A DNA stretch of 30,434 nt from an uncultured Methanosarcinales archaeon (lineage in GTDB: Archaea > Nanobdellota > Nanobdellia > Woesearchaeales > CAZYIM01): the NCBI GenBank assembly GCA_964647565.1, contig CAZYIM010000026.1, forward strand, positions 10,762 to 41,195, read 5' to 3'. The translations under genes were made by a program, and so were the position numbers. Positions 26,831 through 30,434 of the stretch are shown piece by piece (the stretch's first letter is position 1; each line of letters begins with the position of its first letter). Below the pieces are notes generated by a model, which made no database searches, was not told the DNA's origin, and worked only from the letters and a program-made list of their open reading frames with translations.

Positions 26831-28246
26831 ATGCATAATCATACTAAGATCGTTGCTACCATTGCAGATATCAACTGCGGTGTCTTATTTCTGAGGGAGT
26901 TATTCAATGCAGGTTTGGATGTTGTTAGGATCAATACAGCCCATGCTACAGAGGCTGGGGCCCTTAAGATCATCACTAATGTCAGGAAGGTCTCTGATAA
27001 GATCGCTATCCTTATAGATACCAAAGGTCCTGAAATCAGGACTACTGCTTGTGAAGCGAAAATTCCTGTTAAAAAGGGTGAGAAGATCATTATGTCAGGC
27101 AATCCTAATTGCCGCATGGCACAAGGATGTGTCTGCGTCAACTACAAGGGTTTTGTCAGGGATACTCCTGTTGGTGCGCGTATTATGATAGATGATGGCC
27201 ATCTTGAATTGATAGTCCGTGATAAGAACAGGAAGGGCCTTGTCTGTGAGGTGATGAATGATGGTGTTATCCATGGCAAGAAAGGTGTTAATCTTCCTGG
27301 AGTCAGAAACCATCTGCCTGCTGTCAGTGATAAAGACAAGAAATTCATCAGGTTCGCAGTCAAGCATAAGGTAGATTTTATAGGTCATTCCTTTGTGAGG
27401 AACAAGAAAGATGTTAAAGAGGTCCAAAAATTATTAGATGCTAAGAAGAACCCAATCAAGATCATTGCTAAGATAGAGAATCAGGAGGGTGTTGAGAACA
27501 TTGATAATATCCTCAAACATGTCTATGGTGTGATGGTGGCCAGAGGCGACTTAGGAATTGAAGTGTCTGAAGAGAAAATACCTGGTATACAGAAGATGTT
27601 GATCAAGAAATGCATCCAGCAGAAAAAACCAGTTATTGTTGCGACCCAGATGCTTCACTCAATGATTAAAAATCCTAGACCTACACGGGCTGAGGTCAGT
27701 GATGTGGCTAATGCAGTGTATGATGGTACAGATGCGATCATGCTCAGCGGAGAGACAGCTATTGGGAAATATCCTGTCTCATCGGTAAAGACCATGGTCC
27801 GGATTGCAAAAGAGGTGGAAGCTGTTAAGTTAGCAGAGCATGAGTTAGATATTATCCCTATTAATAATGAGACTTCAGCATTCCTTGCTAAAGCCGCAGT
27901 CAATGCCACTTTGACATTACCCACGCGGGCTATAATTGCAGACACCCAGACAGGTAGGACAGCTAGGTATTTAGCTGCTTTTAGGGGACGTACTCCTGTC
28001 TATATCAAATGCTATGATAAAATGGTGATGAGACTTCTAGCATTGTCGTATGGAGTCTACCCTGACTTTATGAAACCCAGAAAGACTACTGATGCATTTC
28101 TCAGTTTTGCTCTTTCTCCCTTGCTAAAGAGCAAGAGATTGAGAAAAAAGGACCGCGTCCTTATTCTGGCAGGTAGCTTTGGTCCTAGTGCTGGAGCTTC
28201 ATATATAGAGATTAGTACTGTGAAGAATTTGTTGAGAACAGACTGA
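26831..28246 (+). CDS. pyk: Pyruvate kinase
   Basis: TKIVATI, VVRINTAH, DTKGPEIRT, IIAKIENQEG, GVMVARGDLG.E, ATQML.SM...PRPTRAEVSDVANAV.DGTDA.MLSGETA.GKYP. Confidence 0.97.
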   Translation: MHNHTKIVATIADINCGVLFLRELFNAGLDVVRINTAHATEAGALKIITNVRKVSDKIAILIDTKGPEIRTTACEAKIPVKKGEKIIMSGNPNCRMAQGCVCVNYKGFVRDTPVGARIMIDDGHLELIVRDKNRKGLVCEVMNDGVIHGKKGVNLPGVRNHLPAVSDKDKKFIRFAVKHKVDFIGHSFVRNKKDVKEVQKLLDAKKNPIKIIAKIENQEGVENIDNILKHVYGVMVARGDLGIEVSEEKIPGIQKMLIKKCIQQKKPVIVATQMLHSMIKNPRPTRAEVSDVANAVYDGTDAIMLSGETAIGKYPVSSVKTMVRIAKEVEAVKLAEHELDIIPINNETSAFLAKAAVNATLTLPTRAIIADTQTGRTARYLAAFRGRTPVYIKCYDKMVMRLLALSYGVYPDFMKPRKTTDAFLSFALSPLLKSKRLRKKDRVLILAGSFGPSAGASYIEISTVKNLLRTD

Positions 28247-28259
28247 GCAATAGATTGTT

Positions 28260-28514
28260 TTATTGGAGAATCGTATAACCTGCAAATGCTACTGATGCAG
28301 CCAGATAGACATAACCTGCAGTCATTGCAACTTCTGCCAATCCTTTTCCGGTTCCATAGTTGTCCCTCCCACTGTAGCGATCTTCACATCGCTCTAAAGC
28401 TTTGCGAACTCCAGGGATCTTTTTTGGAAGTGTATTCAAACAACCTGCTTTGACTCCGCCAAGGAAGCCGCCAGAGGTTGTGGCTACAGAATCTATTGAT
28501 TTTGTTTGTATCAT
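28260..28514 (-). CDS. Small hypothetical membrane protein (84 aa)
   Basis: Fills the intergenic gap and converges with pyk. C-terminal hydrophobic segment; TATA-like TATATAAA about 30 nt upstream on the minus strand. Confidence 0.6.
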   Translation of the reverse strand: MIQTKSIDSVATTSGGFLGGVKAGCLNTLPKKIPGVRKALERCEDRYSGRDNYGTGKGLAEVAMTAGYVYLAASVAFAGYTILQ

Positions 28515-28550
28515 GAATAAGAGAAGTATAAATTGATTTATATACTTTTC

Positions 28551-28967
28551 TTAGAATATCAAATAATAGCCCGTTAAACAGCCTAGAATGCCAACAATAA
28601 CGCCTACAAACACCTCTGCAGGAGTATGTCCTACCCATGTAGTCAGTCCGGCTTCTTTAAACTTTTTTTCACCAATTAATCTCTTGAGGATCTTGGCGTG
28701 TTCTCCTGTTTGGTATCTGACATTCATTGCGTCATGGAATACGATTATTGCAAAACCCACAGTTACAATAAAAAGCAGTGAAACACCCATGACAAGAAAG
28801 ACGCCTGTTGACAAAGCAGCAACAAATGCTGAGTGTGAACTGGGCATGCCGCCGTCATGTATGAATGCATGCAGACTAAACTTTTTATCCTGGATTGAAT
28901 GTAATACCCCCTTAAGTATTACATTTGTGAACCAACCTAAGATTATTGAGAATATTATATTGATCAT
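28551..28967 (-). CDS. Divergent PAP2 family (DUF212-type) membrane protein
   Basis: K....,GGMPSSHSA, DA..VR...GEHA..L, GHTP.EV..G. ATG28967 overlaps the upstream TGA (ATGA coupling). Confidence 0.9.
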   Translation of the reverse strand: MINIIFSIILGWFTNVILKGVLHSIQDKKFSLHAFIHDGGMPSSHSAFVAALSTGVFLVMGVSLLFIVTVGFAIIVFHDAMNVRYQTGEHAKILKRLIGEKKFKEAGLTTWVGHTPAEVFVGVIVGILGCLTGYYLIF

Positions 28968-29923
28968 GGTATTCTCCTGAATTTGGTGCTTAAGATGCCC
29001 CACTCAAAAAGCAATAGCAAAAGGGCCAGAGTTAAAAGGGGTAAAGAAATGTCAGTGTGTAAGAAGGCTCTTTCTGAGTCATCTGATATAAGATTATATG
29101 CCTGAGCAAGACTTTCCATATCCTGTGCATGATAGTAAGTTCCTCCTGTCTCATTACTGATATTTCTCAGAGAGCTGTCATCGAAGATGGCTGAAACATT
29201 ATAATAAGCTGGAAGATAACCTATTGGTCCAACATTTGAACCCACTCCGATAGTATCTACGATCACTCTCCCCTTCTTGGCATATTTTACAGCCTCTTGC
29301 ATTGAATTGCTGGTAAACATACCAACCGTATTGCTTCCATCAGTGATCAGGATAAGTTTCTTGCCTTTCTGGGATGTCATCATCATGTTGGTTGCTGTAA
29401 TGATTGTGCCTGCAAGGTCTGTACCGCCTGCCAGTTCAGGTTCAATTCCTATTATTGCTTTCTTGACATTGAACTGGTTCTCTGTCATTGGCTGCTTTAC
29501 AAATGGTACTCCTGCAAAGCCAATGATTCCAATCTTTGAATGGGAGCTAAGTTTATCGATGAAGTCCAGGGCCAGGTCTCTGGCTGCTTCTAATCTGGAA
29601 GGTTCAATATCCTGTGCAGTCATTGAAGCACTTGTGTCCAGAGCAACTACGAAGTTATTCTTGTTGCTCATGCCTTCATACCAGACAACTGTTCCTGCAA
29701 TAGCAAATATTAATGATGTTAGTATCAGACACCGCACGATTAATAGAATTATATTTTTAGTCAGCAATTTTTTTCCGGTGACTCTTCTTATTGCCTCAAA
29801 ATTTGCAAACTTGATAGCCTTGTTCTTAGAGTGTCTCAGGAAAAAGAAATGGCTGAAAATAAGCAGAGGTATACTTATTAAAAACCAAAGATACGCAGGT
29901 TGGTTAAAAACTAATTCTACCAT
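28964..29923 (-). CDS. BatA-like vWA domain membrane protein
   Basis: N-terminal F..P.YLW.L..IP...R.L.L...I.A.A double-TM motif; MIDAS DTSASM; PSRLEAAR, GGTDL, LITDG; C-terminal TM helix ...FRRIP. Confidence 0.92.
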   Translation of the reverse strand: MVELVFNQPAYLWFLISIPLLIFSHFFFLRHSKNKAIKFANFEAIRRVTGKKLLTKNIILLIVRCLILTSLIFAIAGTVVWYEGMSNKNNFVVALDTSASMTAQDIEPSRLEAARDLALDFIDKLSSHSKIGIIGFAGVPFVKQPMTENQFNVKKAIIGIEPELAGGTDLAGTIITATNMMMTSQKGKKLILITDGSNTVGMFTSNSMQEAVKYAKKGRVIVDTIGVGSNVGPIGYLPAYYNVSAIFDDSSLRNISNETGGTYYHAQDMESLAQAYNLISDDSERAFLHTDISLPLLTLALLLLLFEWGILSTKFRRIP

Positions 29924-29924
29924 T

Positions 29925-30434
29925 TTATTCGATCATATGCATTCTTTGTCTGAACAGCTTAAGTAAGGGATCATAAAAATCTTCATCGGTTGAGAGCGTC
30001 AGGAATCCTCCTTTGCTAACCTTGAATGCACTTCTGATCTCCTCCAACTGTTTTTTTGCTTCATGTTCATAAAGTAAGGAATATTCGTTGGCATCTATCT
30101 GTATCTTTTCGTCAGAGTAAGGGTCTTGAATTAGAAACTGTCCTCCTTCCTTAGGTAGTTTATAATCCCGTGGATCCCGTATCATGATACCTATTACATC
30201 GTTGTTCTCGCATAGCTGTGCTATCATCCTCTTGAGATCTGATGGTGCGCCAATAAAATCTGAGAGGAATATGATCAGGCTTCTTCTTTTTAAAAAAGTT
30301 TGGAGATATTGAATGCCTTTCTTTAGATCAAAACCACCTCCATAGTTTTTGGGATCAGTTATAGCTTTTATGATCTTGAAATAATTGGCACGTCCAACAG
30401 TGGCTTCAATTCTTTTAATCAACCCGTCATTAAA
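29925..30434 (-). CDS. DUF58-family protein, 3' part (runs off the window edge)
   Basis: RRSLIIFLSDF, DVIGI.I.DPRD..LP..G......DP.S.E. The frame is open to the window end. The position upstream of a BatA-like vWA gene matches MoxR-DUF58-vWA clusters. Confidence 0.88.
   Translation of the reverse strand, partial: FNDGLIKRIEATVGRANYFKIIKAITDPKNYGGGFDLKKGIQYLQTFLKRRSLIIFLSDFIGAPSDLKRMIAQLCENNDVIGIMIRDPRDYKLPKEGGQFLIQDPYSDEKIQIDANEYSLLYEHEAKKQLEEIRSAFKVSKGGFLTLSTDEDFYDPLLKLFRQRMHMIE

Overview
Archaeal chromosome segment, most consistent with a DPANN (Woesearchaeota/Pacearchaeota-like) genome. This rests on TTTA(A/T)A promoters about 30 nt upstream of near-leaderless genes, a GGAGGTG ribosome-binding site, BHB-type tRNA introns and the surface-protein families present. 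About 21 kb (744-22005) is a cell-surface protein island: a 5'-truncated giant protein of at least 5050 aa plus four related exported or membrane proteins. The giant protein has a 'plug-in' architecture. Divergent head domains (3x LamG, 2x FG-GAP propeller, an RCC1 propeller and an SBBP-like propeller) sit inside loops of conserved chassis domains whose DNA is near-identical between copies and often has an extreme T/G third-codon-position bias. It abuts a second 5'-truncated gene head-to-head across a ~12-bp microhomology, which is either an inversion breakpoint or an assembly chimera. The right third holds three intron-containing tRNA genes that the ORF track misses: Arg(TCT) with three introns, Cys(GCA) with two and Thr(TGT) with one. 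tRNA-Thr is preceded by a 33-bp duplication of its own 5' end plus a structured insert that shares motifs with the tRNA-Arg T-loop intron. Also present are trmI, a Bacteroidota-like pyruvate kinase, a PEP-utiliser mobile-domain protein, a divergent PAP2 protein and the end of a DUF58-vWA (BatA-like) cluster. All family calls come from reading motifs by eye; no searches were run.
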